Positions 47,845 to 61,266 of a DNA stretch of 64,000 bases are shown here, in pieces. Location of the stretch: NCBI RefSeq assembly GCF_032191835.1, contig NC_083223.1, forward strand, positions 255,688,001 through 255,752,000. Reading direction: 5' to 3'. Position 1 is the first letter of the stretch; each line of letters opens with the position of its first letter. The notes beneath the pieces were generated by a model, which ran no database searches, was not told the DNA's origin, and saw nothing but the letters and a program-made list of their open reading frames with translations. This stretch comes from Heteronotia binoei. Lineage: Eukaryota. Made by a program: the position numbers and the translations under genes.

Positions 47845-48365
47845 ATTAGAATCACAGAGCTGGTAGGGGCCATACAGGTCCTCTCGTTCAACCCTCGGCT
47901 CAATGCAGGATCGGCATAAACTCTATGCTAGAGCATCTCTGAGAAGTGTTTGTCCAGTCTCTGCTAAAAGACTGCCAATGAAGAGGAGCTTAACACCTCC
48001 CTAGGGAGCTGATTCCACTGTTGAACAATTCTTACTATAAAAAAGTTTTTTCCTAATACTCATCCGGTACCTTCCAGCTCCTAATGCAGACCCATTATTG
48101 CAAGTCCTCTCCTCTGCTGCCAACAGGAACAGCTCCCTGCCCTTTTCTAAGTGACAGCCCTTCAAATACTTCAAAAGAGTAATCTTGTCCCCCTCAGCCT
48201 CCTCTTCTCCAGACTGAACATTCCCAAGTCCCTCAGCCTTTCCTTGTAGGGCTTGGCCTCCAGGCCCCTGAGCAACCCTGTTGCTCTCCTCTGCACCCAC
48301 TCTATTCTGTCCACATCCTTCTTAAGGCCTCCAGAACTGCACACAATACTCCAGGTGTGACCTGA
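47845..48365 (-). mobile_element. CR1 LINE 3' fragment
   Basis: [45 protein letters not shown] and KYLKGCHLEKGRELF. An adjacent CR1 UTR piece lies at 48372-48680; others at 24667-25445 (split by a hAT), 38757-38970 and 53255-53460. Confidence 0.9.
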
Positions 48366-50340
48366 CCAATAAATTAAGAAGAGCCCTGCTGGATCAGACC
48401 AGTGATCCATCTAGTCCAACCTCATGTCTTACTAAGTGGCCTCAAACAGTTCCTTTGGAGTGTCAACAACAAGGCACAGAGGCTGAGGCCTTTCCCTGAT
48501 ATTGCCTCCTGGCCCTGGGATTCAGAGTCTGACTGCCTCAGAACAAGATGGTTCTCCTCAGCCACCATGACTAGTAGCTACTGATAGATCTGTCCTCCAT
48601 AAATCTATTACAATCCCATGAATCTATTACAAATTGACTGGCAGTGAATTCCACTTTTTAATCACTCTCTGCATAAAGTAACCCATACAACAACTTGTAA
48701 ATTAGGCCAGTACATCCTCATCCTCACAGTGCGAACAGGAACACGAATGGAGGGGGAAATCCCTTGCTTAAAGCCACCCAGTGAATTTGCAGCCCCTCAG
48801 AAAACAGGTCTCACAATGCGATCATAAGCAGAGTTATACCCTTCCAGGTCCAATGGAGTCAATGGGTTTAGAAGGCCGTATCCCTGTTTAGGACTGCTCT
48901 GTCATTTACTCTGCTATTCCACTTGCAGATGACACTGGAACTACCCCCACTCTCAATTAGAAACCACTATGTTACAGCAGACTGCGGTCTTCAAGTGTGG
49001 AGAAATCAGCAACATGACTTCTTATCACCACAGAGACAGAGAAACGCTATTCTCTCTCAGCTTACACCAGCAGCTAATAGCCTCCAAGATTTCACAGCCA
49101 AAATTAGGAACAAGCTTCTAACACCTCGATTTTCATACCAACAATCACACCCTGCCACTCTTACACATTGCTGAACGTTCTACTCCACCTGCTATGAGCT
49201 TTACTGAGCCACGGTTGTGTTCTGCCAATTTAAAAGCTGAGGGAATTATGGTTAATGATATGATATACATTGGGGAGGGAATTGCTCTACATGATGTCAT
49301 CAACCGTTCGCCACCACAGGGTGTGAAATGGCTCCGTGCTTGTGCATATATGTTGACAAGGCTGCACACTAAAGAAAAGATACCTCCATTCCCCACTCTG
49401 AAACGTCACTTCTAGACACCATAGGGAAGAAACGGGATGATTTATTTTAGAGGGTTTTCCCGAGTGAACAACTACTGTTTTCCGACAGATGTTTTCCACA
49501 CTGTTGAGAAAGACTGGACTATCTTTTGGTGCAGAATTTTCCTTTTTTATTATAAAAAGACTGCCAATGAAGGGGGGCTATCAACATTTTGTATTGCAAT
49601 GCGTTTATGGCTGTTAGCGCAATCTGCCTTTAATAAAGACAGGCAAGATGGGATATAATTTTTAACAGGGCTTTTTTTGGGAAGTAGGAACTCCTTTGCA
49701 TATTAGGCCATATAATCTGATGCAGCCAATCCTCCAAGAACTTAAAGTAGGCCCTGTACTAAGCCCTGTGATTGACTACACCAGGGGTGTGTGGCCTAAT
49801 ATGGAAAGGAGTTCCTGCTAAAATAAAAAGCCCTGATTTAAAAAAAAAACTATTTAAAAATTACTCATTAAAGGTTAACACATTAACAAAAACGTTCAAA
49901 GGAATCATACAAAAATATAGAGGAAAAATAGGGAGATTAATGTAAATTAACAGAAACTAAGAAATAGAGTCTGTCTGGTAAACAGGGAAAAATTATGTGC
50001 CACCTAAGACATGTAATGCATAATTCTGATGTGTTGGACATTGGGTCTCAGGAAGAAAGGTTTCAGGAACCGCAGTCCAGGCTGAGGGCCATGGTTCAGG
50101 TAGAGTATCTGCACCTATTCAGAATGTTCCAGGTGCAATCTCAGCATTGGCAGATCATGTGGAAGGCCTCATCCTGAACTCTGGAAGGCTACCGCTTGTT
50201 AGAACAGACAATACTAGCCTTGATGGGCCAAGGTCTGGCTGAGTATAACACAGCTTCATGTGTTCTATGGCCTCCTGAGATTTGGCATTCCCCACACTTA
50301 CCAGCTAGGAGAGGAAGGATATAGATGGGGGTCACAGCAA

Positions 50341-50428
50341 ACTATAAGGATAGGATATAGCTGAAAAAACCTGAACCATAGTGAACTATAAGGATAGGGT
50401 GTAGCTGACAAGACCTGAACCTTAGTGT
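50341..50428. repeat. 44-bp tandem duplication
   Basis: ACTATAAGGATAGG...CCTGAACC(A/T)TAGTG units start at 50341 and 50385. Confidence 0.9.
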
Positions 50429-52206
50429 CCAAAAAGTATCAAGGTGTGGCCCTCAATCTTCTCCTTCTAGGAACAATTTCCCAATACTAGGCTAAATTGC
50501 CACTTCATAAATACATTTATCCAGAGATATGTGTACACATACACAACCCACTCCAAATCAGATTTCACCATCACATCTGAGCTACCAGCAATTTGATGCA
50601 CCTCACCAATGAGTGAACCAGCTGGAAGAAGTTGCTTTCCAATGCATTAGAGTAATCTAAGCCATCTCTGAGAAATACCACCATGAAGAAACTCTCCTTG
50701 AAGGTCCTCTGCAGATTTGCCAGGGAAGATTCCTCCCAATACACACAAAATGTTTTTGAAGTAAAATCAAGCACTTTCCCTGAGAATGTCCCAGCTTCCT
50801 GAAATCCTTCCCGTTTACCTCAGGATTCCTCAGCCAGCAGCCATACTATATCAATAACACTGCCAGGTCTCAAGATTTTGTCTTTGAGACTCTAGTTTCC
50901 AGGATCATTCTCCAAGCTTCAGTGCAGCCCCCATACTTGATGGCTTCTTATTAGGCTAATTCTTCACACCCGCAGGTGATATTTAGTGCATATGTAAAAT
51001 GCATTTCAGCTCTTTGTGCCAGATCGTTGCCTCCCATTTGCAATTTACATTTAGTGAGAAGTTGATTTACACTTTTTAAAAAAAAAAGGTTTTATTTTTG
51101 GCAGAAAAAATGAATAAACCAGATCTTCAAGGCCGAATCACTGTAACTACACACATTCATGTGATACAGTTCCTAGTTGTCCGTGTAGAAGTACTAAATT
51201 TAATACTTTCAGATGGGTAGCCGTGTTGGTCTTAAAAGTGCCACTGGACTCAAGCTTTGTTCTATCGCTTCAGACCAACATGGCTGCCTACCTGGATCGA
51301 TTTTCATGGAAGGCACCATATTAAGCCTCATGGAATGGAATTCCATCAACCTGACAAAGACACTTGCACAGGTACAGGCTGATATTTACTTTCTTGGTCT
51401 TGAAGGTGCCACTGGACTCAAACTTTGTTCTAAAATTAATACTGCTATTCAATGTAGATTTACTAACCAGTTTAGGAAATTCTTGGAGATTTAAAGTTGG
51501 TGCAGGGAGCTCACCAGGGATGTGATGCCGTTTCCATTTAGAGCCATTTATCAATGCTTGAAGACCAACAGGTTGTAAGCATACAAAAGGATGTGATGCC
51601 ATAAAGTCTGCCCTCTGTGCCATTTCCTCCAGGGAAGCTTTCTGTAGTCTGGAAATTAGTTGTAATTTCAGGGGATTGGCAACCTTAATTCAAAGTGACA
51701 CCACCAGGTTTAGTGCCATGACATCACCAAGCCCTATTCCCAGATGTCTCAGGGATAATTGGAATATATATTAGCTATCATGTGTAATAACCAATAGACG
51801 TATCATCCATCTAAGCTCACTACATACTGTGGCAGTGAATCCTACACATTCATGATGTGTCACATCAAGTACACTCTTTTGTCTGTTCTGAATATACAGG
51901 GGAGGTTAATGATAAGACTATCTGCATGCAAAAAAGACATTCTGCCACAAGGGTGCCCAACTCCAGGCTGTGGAGTTCCTAGAGATATGGGGCAGAGCCT
52001 GGTGAAAGTGGAGTTTGCGGAGGGGAGGGCCCTCAGCAGAGTATAATGCCACAGAATCCACCCTTCAAAGCAGCCATTTTCTCTGGGGTAACAATCTCTT
52101 TGGTCTCGTGATCAGTTGTAATTCCAGATCTCCAGGCCCCACCTGGAGTTTGGCAACCTATAGTCTCTCAACTTCACTGGCTTCCCACAAGCTCCAGGAT
52201 CATAGG

Positions 52207-53240
52207 TAGGATTGCCAATCCCCAGGTCCCAGTGGTGTGTCCCCCAGTTTTGCAGGCTCCGCCCCACCACCAGCCAGCCACCATGCGCCTTTAAACCTCA
52301 CCAGGCTTAAAAGACACTTACAACTGTTTGTGTTTTGGAGTGTGTGTGCGCCTTTAAAACTCAGGAGGAGGAAAACAGGGTGTGAGGTGAGCAGGCAGAG
52401 CCACCAGTATGTGAAACTGTGAGAAAGGCAGAGAGCAGAGTCCCTCTGTTTTGCATTCGCTTCAGAAGTAACTTCTATAGTAAAATGGATAGGAAAGAGT
52501 TAGCTAGAACCCAATTTTGGAATGGAGGAAAACTGCACTCCCTAGGCTGCTCCTCCTTTCCTTTTCCTGTCTGAAGAAGCTGGTTTAAATACAGCAGATT
52601 GTTATATTCAGCAAGTCCTGTGAGTAAATTGCCCCTGTGAAATCACGGAAGTGTGGGCTTACAAACTCTGTTTATTTTGGCTGCTTTGTGAGTGTGTGTG
52701 CATGTGTGTCCCTTTAAAAAAAGCTATGCTTGGAAATGCTCCAAAGCTTGACAAGGGGACTTGTGGGGGTATGACAAATTTCACTTTCATTTAGTGGAAG
52801 TGCTGCTGCCAGGATAGGCAAAAAAAAATGAGAAATGAAGACTGTATTCAGGGAAACTTCATTGCTGTGTTTTTATTTTACGCCAGTTTGGTGTAGTGGT
52901 AAAGTGTGCGGAATCTTATCTGGGAGTACCGGGTTTGATTCCCCGCTCCTCCACTTGCACCTCCTAGCATGGCTTTGGGTCAGCCATAGCTCTGGCAGAG
53001 GTTGTCCTTGAAAGGGCAGGTGCTGTGAGAGCCCTCTCAGCCCCACCCACCTCACAGGGTGTCTGTTGTGGGGGAGGAAGGTAAAGGAGATTGTGAGCCG
53101 CTCAGAGACTCTTCAGAGTGGAGGGCAGGATATAAATCCAATATCATCTTCTATATTCTTATTTATTTAGGGAATGGGGAAGTCTCCTGATTCTATCCCA
53201 AAGTCTCCAGATATTTCCTGAGTCGGACCTGGCAATCCTA
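52207..53240. mobile_element. Longer Blackjack-like non-autonomous hAT
   Basis: Perfect 11-bp TIR TAGGATTGCCA / TGGCAATCCTA; TSD ATCATAGG/ATCGTAGG; contains a SINE. Confidence 0.85.
52882..53165 (+). mobile_element. Squam3-like SINE nested in a hAT element
   Basis: Highly similar to 8818-9100; lies inside the element at 52207-53240. Confidence 0.9.
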
Positions 53241-56159
53241 ATCGTAGGGAAAGGAGAAAATATTCTCACTATCCACTTTCTCCATATCATGCATAACTTT
53301 AAATAAACTTCTTATCATGTCTTCCTCCTCAATGTCATGTTCCTAAACTGAAAAGCCTCCAACCTTTTAGCTTGTCACTGAAGGGAAGAGGCTGCAACCA
53401 TTATTTCGGTTGCCTTTTTTTGTACCTTTCTCAGTTCTGCAATAATAATTTTTGAGATACACACAAACATTGGTCACCTATTTCTATACCTCCTAAGAGA
53501 ATGCACTTGAAGTTATTCCCCTGCTCTATCAGAAGCCTGTCCTGTTCCTAGCTCTTCACCACAAGATCCCACCCATGAATCCCTTCATTCCATTTCAGCC
53601 TTTCAAAGCATTAGGTCACACAGGGAGAAAGAGCTGGCCAACCCAGTTAGGGTTGCTATTTTAACCTTTTTTTAAAAAACCAAAACATGAAGACTCATCG
53701 CTTCTCTCAAAGCCTATAAATGCATGTTTGTGCTTCACTTGTCCTAAATTTGGGCAGGAGCAATAATAAAACCTCTTGGTTACTAGAGGAATGGCTTGGT
53801 TGCCATGACAACCCATTAGGCCTCATCTGAAACCAGGGTTTTGCACTGCCTTGGGCAGGCTAGCAGGTGACCTTGAGAAGTTTTAAGTTTTTCCCAAGAA
53901 TCCTGCTAAAAATTTGGCTCAACATGTCATCCAAGAGATAACTGGTCTTTTTTCTTTTCTTTTTTTTTTTAGGGGGGGGACACAAACAACTATGAGTTAA
54001 TACAGCTCGATGCATCAATTTCAAGATGAAAAGAGAAAACACTGTTTTTTTCTGCTTCTTGAAAGTCTTCTGACTAACAGGAGGGGAAGGAGAGAGAATC
54101 ATGATCTTAAAAGGAGCTTGAGAAAAACAGCAAAACAGAAAAATAAGTCAGATTTATGAGCACCACTTGAAGTAAAATGTCAGGACTCTTGAAGCCTCTA
54201 TCACAGAGGACAGAAGACAGGATTTAATGGACCGCAAGCCAATTTCTGGTAGACTACTCAGTGTTTGCTAGTTGTTGGGGTTCTGGACTAGGTGGACCTT
54301 CATCTGATTCTGCAAGGCAACTTTTATGTTCTTGAACAAGTTAGCATCAGGATAACTGAGTAAACGCATTTGAAATACCCCTATTATAGAGTGGCCAACT
54401 TCCAGGTGGCATCTGGAGAACTCCGGCATCAGGCCTTGTTTTGGGCAGGAGCTCATAGGAGTGGAGCTCTGGAACCTCTAAACTCTATTGTGCTCCTTCT
54501 TTCTTACCCCACCCCCCCAAAAATACTTGCTTCTGTATTCCATTGTTCAAACCCCCTGTGAGAATTTTGCTGAACTCTAAGATCTGACAAACTTTCTAAT
54601 ACCCCCCCCCCCAAAAAAAAAAATTGGGAAAATAACCAAAACATATAAAGCAGACAGATGGAAATCATCATGCCACTGTGACCACATTGGAGAAAGTAAT
54701 TTAAAAGTATGATGCGAGTCAGGTTTTATTATGATAATTCTAATTCAAGAAGCATTTTAAGGTAGATGCTGAGCTGATATAATTTAGTCCACCTTCTGGT
54801 GATGTCAGGGGTGTGTGGAATATGCAAATGAGTTATGCTAATGAGCTCCCGCACCTCTTTTTCTATGAAATGACCCCTGCCTGCTATTATAATTGATCTC
54901 CACGTGACCAAGATCTGTTCCCCTTGAGAAAATGGTTGCTTTGCAAAGTGGAGTCTATGACACTAAACCTCACTGAAGTCTCTCCGCTTCCCAAACCTCA
55001 CCTTCCCCAACCTTGACCCCCAAATCTCCAATTTTATCCATGAATTTCTTAACAAATAATTGGCAACTCTATGCTATGATCATATCAAAGATAATTATCC
55101 TTTCTGCTGTATTTGTTTACTCTAGCCTTCTGCTGATGTTAAAGTCAAGAGGGTGATGCTGTTTGGTTAAAGGAAAGTGTAATTCTGCCCTACCACATGT
55201 CAACAACAGTTCATAATATACTTCAGTACCAGTAGGCTGTGCATTGCACAGCACATAGGTGATGATGCACACATATTTACACGCAGGTGCTCAAGTCAGA
55301 AGATGCATTCAGAATGAACTTCTACAGACCCTGAAAAGAGAACTGAATTCTGAAATCCAGTGACACCAGCAACTAGTAATAGTTTTAACAAGGCATTTCT
55401 ATAGACAAATAATACCCTATGACCGCTGTGACAATGATTTACCAGAGCCAAGTACCAAAAAATAGGGGCTGTCCCTGGTAAATAGAGATTGTTGGACTGC
55501 ACAAGATTAATTAAGCCACAATTTTATCCAGGTGTGCAGCTGCCAGAGACTGAAACACCCAACTTGGGGGAGGAGGGGCAGGAATCAGCAGAATTGTTCT
55601 TGCTGATAGTGCTCATGCATAAGCTACCTGAGTTACAAGCATTCTGGGTTCTAATTTCTGATATCCCAACCCTTTTGGTCTATTTTGTTCAGATTTCCCA
55701 CTATGCTTTTTCACAACTAAATGTGGTTGGTGTTGTGCACTTTCAATTAGATGCCTAATCAAACGCACATCCCTGTTTGTAAACCCCTGGCTAGATTGTG
55801 CATTGGTTAGCACACCGAGCTGCCAACAACATTGGTTTCCCAATAGAAAATAAATCAGATTGAATCAGACAGAAGGTGGCCTCAGGATAACCATCTGAAT
55901 GACAACATCCGCATCGGAAATCAAACTCGCCAGATTACTGTCAGCATCGCTAGCTGGCATAGTGGTTAACAGCACAATAGACATTCAAATCTCAGTTCAG
56001 CCATGTGGTCATTGGGTGATATTTGGAAAGCTATTTTCTCTTAGCTCACATTTTTAACGTGGATAACTAATGGTAACCTGCCCTTACAGGGTTGCTGTGA
56101 AATTTGCATATGAGAAGCACATCACGAGAATCCACTTTATACTGAGAAGAAGGTATCAT

Positions 56160-56292
56160 TGAGCCGCAACAGTTTCATGGTGATCTCTTTTCATAGGGTT
56201 TTCAATACAAAAAGACAGAGGCGGTTTGCCATTGCCTTCCTCTGCATAGCAATCCATGTCTTCCTTGCTGATCTCCCATCCAAATACTGACT
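56160..56292 (-). mobile_element. 5S-derived SINE fragment
   Basis: Reverse strand CAGTATTTGGATGGGAGATC plus GAGGAAGGCAATGGCAAACCGCCTCTG. Confidence 0.65.
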
Positions 56293-58804
56293 GTGGGCAG
56301 CCTTCAAAAGCCAGGGACAAACTGGACAAATCAGGCTGCGATATTGGCGAAGACCACTGGTTTATGAAGGTCAGTATTGCCTACTCTGACTGGCAGCAGA
56401 TCTCCAAGGTCTCAGGCAGAGGTCCTTCACGTCATCTGTTATTTGATCCTTTTAACTGGAGAGCCAGGAACCGAACATAGAATTTTCTTCATGCTAATAA
56501 ATCATCCATCACTGCTCCCCAGCATCTCCATAGGTATTTACAGCTTCAACAGTACTTCCTAAATATCGCCATTACTATTGCTCCGTGAAGTGTTCTAATC
56601 CAATACTAAACACTCAGTCACAAGAGATTAGCAACATTTCCATAAAATGGAAATCTACTGGAGAGGTTAGATTGTTCTGCTGTTTCCTGAAAGGGGGGGA
56701 GGGGAAGAAACCCATCACAAAAACAATAACAATAACATTAATTTTAAAAATTCCCTCCCATTTTATTTCCTCAGGGACCAAATATAAACACAAGTGAAGT
56801 TAGAGGGAATCAAATCAACAGAGTTGGGTGCTTGCCATCCACAACAGCAGCTCTGGGGGCGTGGAGCAAAAAAGTATTTATTTTGGGGAACTGCGCCATC
56901 CACAAAACAGAGAGGCAACTTAGAACGATCTTTAAAAACTGCAAGAAAGACTTCAAACCCAGGCTTTTAGTGAGAAACAAGTCCTACCTGCTTTCCATTT
57001 ATCCTAACCAATAAGCGCAGATTGGGCAGAATACTGCCTGCACATTTTGCCTCTTACCTCTGGACTGGTATTCATTCTTTTGTTAGATAAAAGCTGGTGC
57101 TCTAGGGCAGCTATTGATCCAAATAAGAGGTGTGCACAGAATCCAAACAGGAAACATTATTCCCCTACAATGGGAAATGCCTAATTTACAAAAGCCCCTA
57201 TTGACTTGTTAGGGGAATGGCAACTATGCAGAGGGTAAAAAAGACTCCCGGGCTTGAACTTCAAACTTCACCATCCAAACCTGAGATTTTGCCTTGTGAG
57301 GTTCTCAGGAAAGCACACACTTGGACCTTGGAACCCTTTCTGTTTCTGAACAAACAGAAGCCCTCCTGTGAGAGGCAGATAGTATGAAACTGCCCCCATG
57401 GATTTAAGCCCATCTCAAGGTGTTAATCCTTCTCCTGAAGACCACAAGGAGGAAGCCTTGCTGGCCCTGATCTGGCAGAACGGCAGCACACAAATCTTGA
57501 AAATAAATAAAATAAACCTTACACCCCAAGACAGCACTTTTGTATGTAAGGTTGCCAACCCCCAGGTGGGGCCTCCTAGAATTACAGCTGATTTCCAGGC
57601 CAGAGACCAGTTCCCCTGCAGGAAATGCAGCTTCAGAGGGCAGGTGGTATGGAATCACATCCCTGCAGAGTTCCTTCCCCTCTCTAAACACCATGGCCAA
57701 ATTTCCAAGATTTCCGTTGTCAGAACCAACTATGGCCTATTTGCACAGCCATCCAATGAGCTCTGGAAGATGAGCAATGATCCTAACCTGGATTTTCCCA
57801 CACCTCAATACAACATTCCAGCCAGTTCACTTGCCATCACTCTAGCACAGAGGTAGCCTGTGTGCTTGTGCCAATAGTTGCACACCAGACCACTTTCCTT
57901 GGCACTTCAGAACACGTCTCCACCCAAGCAATCAACTCAGTTGAACAAAGGTGTTGGCGGCACTGTGGGGACAGCGGTGCAGGAGAAAGCAACAATCATG
58001 GTTTAGGCCTGTCATTCCCCCACCTCCAGACCTGTACACCCATCAGTCAAGATGAAACCTGAGTAGGAAATGCCAGGCTACGGGTGGGACCTGGGGATCC
58101 CCCAAGATTACATCTTATCTCCAGATGACAGAGATCAAATCCCCTGGGGAAAATGGATGCTTTGGAGGGTGGGTTCTATGGCCTTGTACCCCACTGAGGT
58201 CCCTGTGTCCCCCTCAGGCTCCACCTCCAAATCTCCAGGAGGCTCCAAACATGGCTCTGGCAACGCTAATCCCAAGACACTGGCCACACTGGGGCCTGGC
58301 TTTCTTCAAATGTGTCTGGCTAAGTACTGCCCTTGTCTCCCGCCTATCATTTTCTTTGTCAGCACACTGACCCTCTTTACAGAAGCAGCTGCATTTGTTT
58401 TGGCACTTGGGTTAAAAAGGTTGCTTGCCTCTGCACTATCCCCTCAAAAGAGGGAGAAAAGAAAGCTTACTGAGAAGAGAAGGGGAAAAAACTACGCCAG
58501 AGCACATGGACATAGGTGATGGATGCAGGATAATGACATCTGCATACATTTAATTTAATAACCCCTGACTGTAATCCTCCTCAAGGAGCAGAGTCAAACT
58601 GGGGCTGGCCCTTTCATGAGGCAAACCAAGGCCTGGGAGTTGAGCATATTCAGATGGCAAAAGTGTTCAAATTATTTTGTGCCTCAGCCTTTCTAATGTC
58701 TTTGGCAGGTTCTGAGGAGATTTAAAAAGAAAAACTTGAGAGAAAACCCACTTCTGATTGTAATACCTTCCCCAAAGGATACTGAAGGAAAAAGGATTTA
58801 TTAT

Positions 58805-59110
58805 TTTGGTATGGTGGTTAAGTGTGCCGTAGTTGGTGTAGCTGTAGTTGGTGTAGCTGTTAAGTGTGTGGACTCTCTGGGAGAACTGAGTTGGACTCCT
58901 CACTCCTCCATTTGCCGCTGCTGAAATGGCCTTGAGTTAGCCATAGCTCTCACAAGAGTTGTCCTTGAAAGGGCAGATTCTGGGAGAGCTCTCTCAGCCC
59001 CACCTACCTCACAGGCTGTCTGTTATGCGGGAAGAAGATAAAGGAGATTGTAAGCCACTCTGAGACTCTGATTCAGAGAGAAGGGTGGTATATAAACCGA
59101 CGGTCTTTTA
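58805..59110 (+). mobile_element. Squam3-like SINE with duplicated head segment
   Basis: Body homologous to the other copies; 15-bp tandem GTAGTTGGTGTAGCT x2 at 58829-58858. Confidence 0.88.
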
Positions 59111-61037
59111 TTTTTATATGTGTGTGTGTGTGTGTCTATCTGTTTGTGTAAAAAAACCCTGGCTTGTGAAATGATACTATTTTCATAACTTTTGCTAAGT
59201 ACCATGTGAAGAATTGGCGGCCCATTCTTCCCTCTTCACACTTTTACTGCCAGATGACCCAATAATAATAAAAAAATCCTACGATTTGTCTGAATATTTT
59301 TTTTAAAAGAGTTGCCATGGGAACTGTAAGGATGCTAAGTAATCAGCCTCTGAAATTCTAGCACTGAAGATGATGGAAAGGGGAAAGACAGTAACTAGAG
59401 AGGGGGGTGGGAGTGGAAATCAGATAATTTTACTTAAATTACCAACATCTCAAAAAGGAAGGAAACAGCTATTGCAATTTCTAAAAGACAGATAGTGCTG
59501 GGGGGGGGGGGGCGGAGAGGAGAGGGATACATTCTGCTGCTTTCATTTCCCAACATGTCTGTAAAGAAAAGCCGTTTTTCCGCATCTCTGAAGCAAGCAA
59601 AGTTGTCTATGGTTGGGCAACCAGCAGCCTAGATTCCATTGGGATTCTAATTCTAGCTCCCAACAGCCACTGGAGGGGTGACCTTACCCAAGGTCATTCA
59701 CTGCTTCCTCCAAGCCTCAGTTTACAAGCTCAGAAGGTGTACCTGTCACCATGGCCCTAACCTTCCCTCCCTCTTCAACAGCTCCAAGGCCTGTGACTAC
59801 AACACTTACATAAGTCAGTGAGTGCTCCCTATTATTGATTATATTCTCCTTAAAGGGTGCCTGCCAGCTCACTCTGAAAGACACCAAGGTCAAGCCAGGG
59901 TAGCCATACAACCCCAAAGCACTTCAGACTAAGCAAAGCTCGCCAGCTCTTGAAAGAGGTCAACCTTCTCCCAGAGCAATCTGTATCCTAAGGCAGGGTG
60001 CGTGGCTCCAGCAGCAGGAACACTGTCAGTTCCTTAGAGTCTGCCAGATTGGCAGAGTGGGAAAAACTGGCTCTCCCACACCCAAAATGTCCAGATCTGG
60101 GGCCGACAAATGCCCAGCACCAGAGTGTGCTAGAAGAGTTCCCACACAGTGCCGGAAAAGCTTCTGAAATCAGACACACACCTCTCCCTTTCTCTCTCCT
60201 CAGAAATGCATTCCCGAGAGAACTGTTTGCAAGCAATAAGAAATAAGTTCGTTAACTAATTAAAGGCTCCAGAAACCCCAAAGCACCCATCGCAAAAGTA
60301 GGCCTCTCACAATTCAGTCTCTTTAGCCACGATGATCACGTCAATTGTTTCTGCTAACAGAAAAGCAAAAGGATTACCTTCCCACTTGTGGTGTCTTATG
60401 ACCCACTGTTCTAACTCTACCAATAAGGAAGCGTGCCCAGTTCAGGGACTCACGCAGAAACACACAGGAGGCTGCCACTGCCTCCCTGAATGATTTACCA
60501 TTTGGGCCAGACCTCCTTCCAATCAGTCTTCAAAGGCAGATGTGCAACTGAATGATCTAATCACTCCAGATGAATAGAGAAAGATGAAGGAATTTGCTTC
60601 TGAAAGATAGAAGGCTGAGAGTTACATTCCTTCATGAGCCCAAATAATGGAACTCACTTCCTCCACATTCACACACAGAGCTCACACAGAAATCCACAGA
60701 ATGGTCTGAAGGCAGGCAATTATTACCCTTGTGTACTCCAAGTACCGTATGCTCTCAATTTCAATCCCAAAACAAACACGTATTAACTGAAGGTTGGGGG
60801 ACACCACCACTTTTCCTGCTCATGCATAGCCTTATCCCAGCACAGGAGGGTAATTTTAAAATACCCCCGAAGATACTTCCTTAATCACTCTGTGAGTCCA
60901 AAAATAAATTTAGAACATTCCAATCCCTCACACACAGACGGTCCACCCCATTCTACAGAACTGTGTGACAGCTACCTGCTTGCAACCAGTAACAACAATA
61001 CATTGACATTTATGTAATTCCACAGAATGCTCTAAGT

Positions 61038-61266
61038 CAGAGGTGGCCAAACCGTGGCTCGGGAGCCCCCGTTGCCCGGCTTGGAGAAGCCATTTCTCTC
61101 TTTAAACCCCTTATCCAAGACAAGGCAACCATCAGCTTGGAAAATTCATTTAAAGTTGCCTTCTTTCCACCTCTCCCTCCCTCATCTTCCTTCCTTCCTT
61201 GCAGCTCTCTAATATCTTATGTTTATTCTATGTGGCTCTTATGTTAAGCAAGTTTGGAAACCCCTG
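61038..61266. mobile_element. hAT MITE
   Basis: TIR CAGAGGTGGCCAAAC / GTTTGGAAACCCCTG; perfect TSD CTCTAAGT. Confidence 0.9.
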
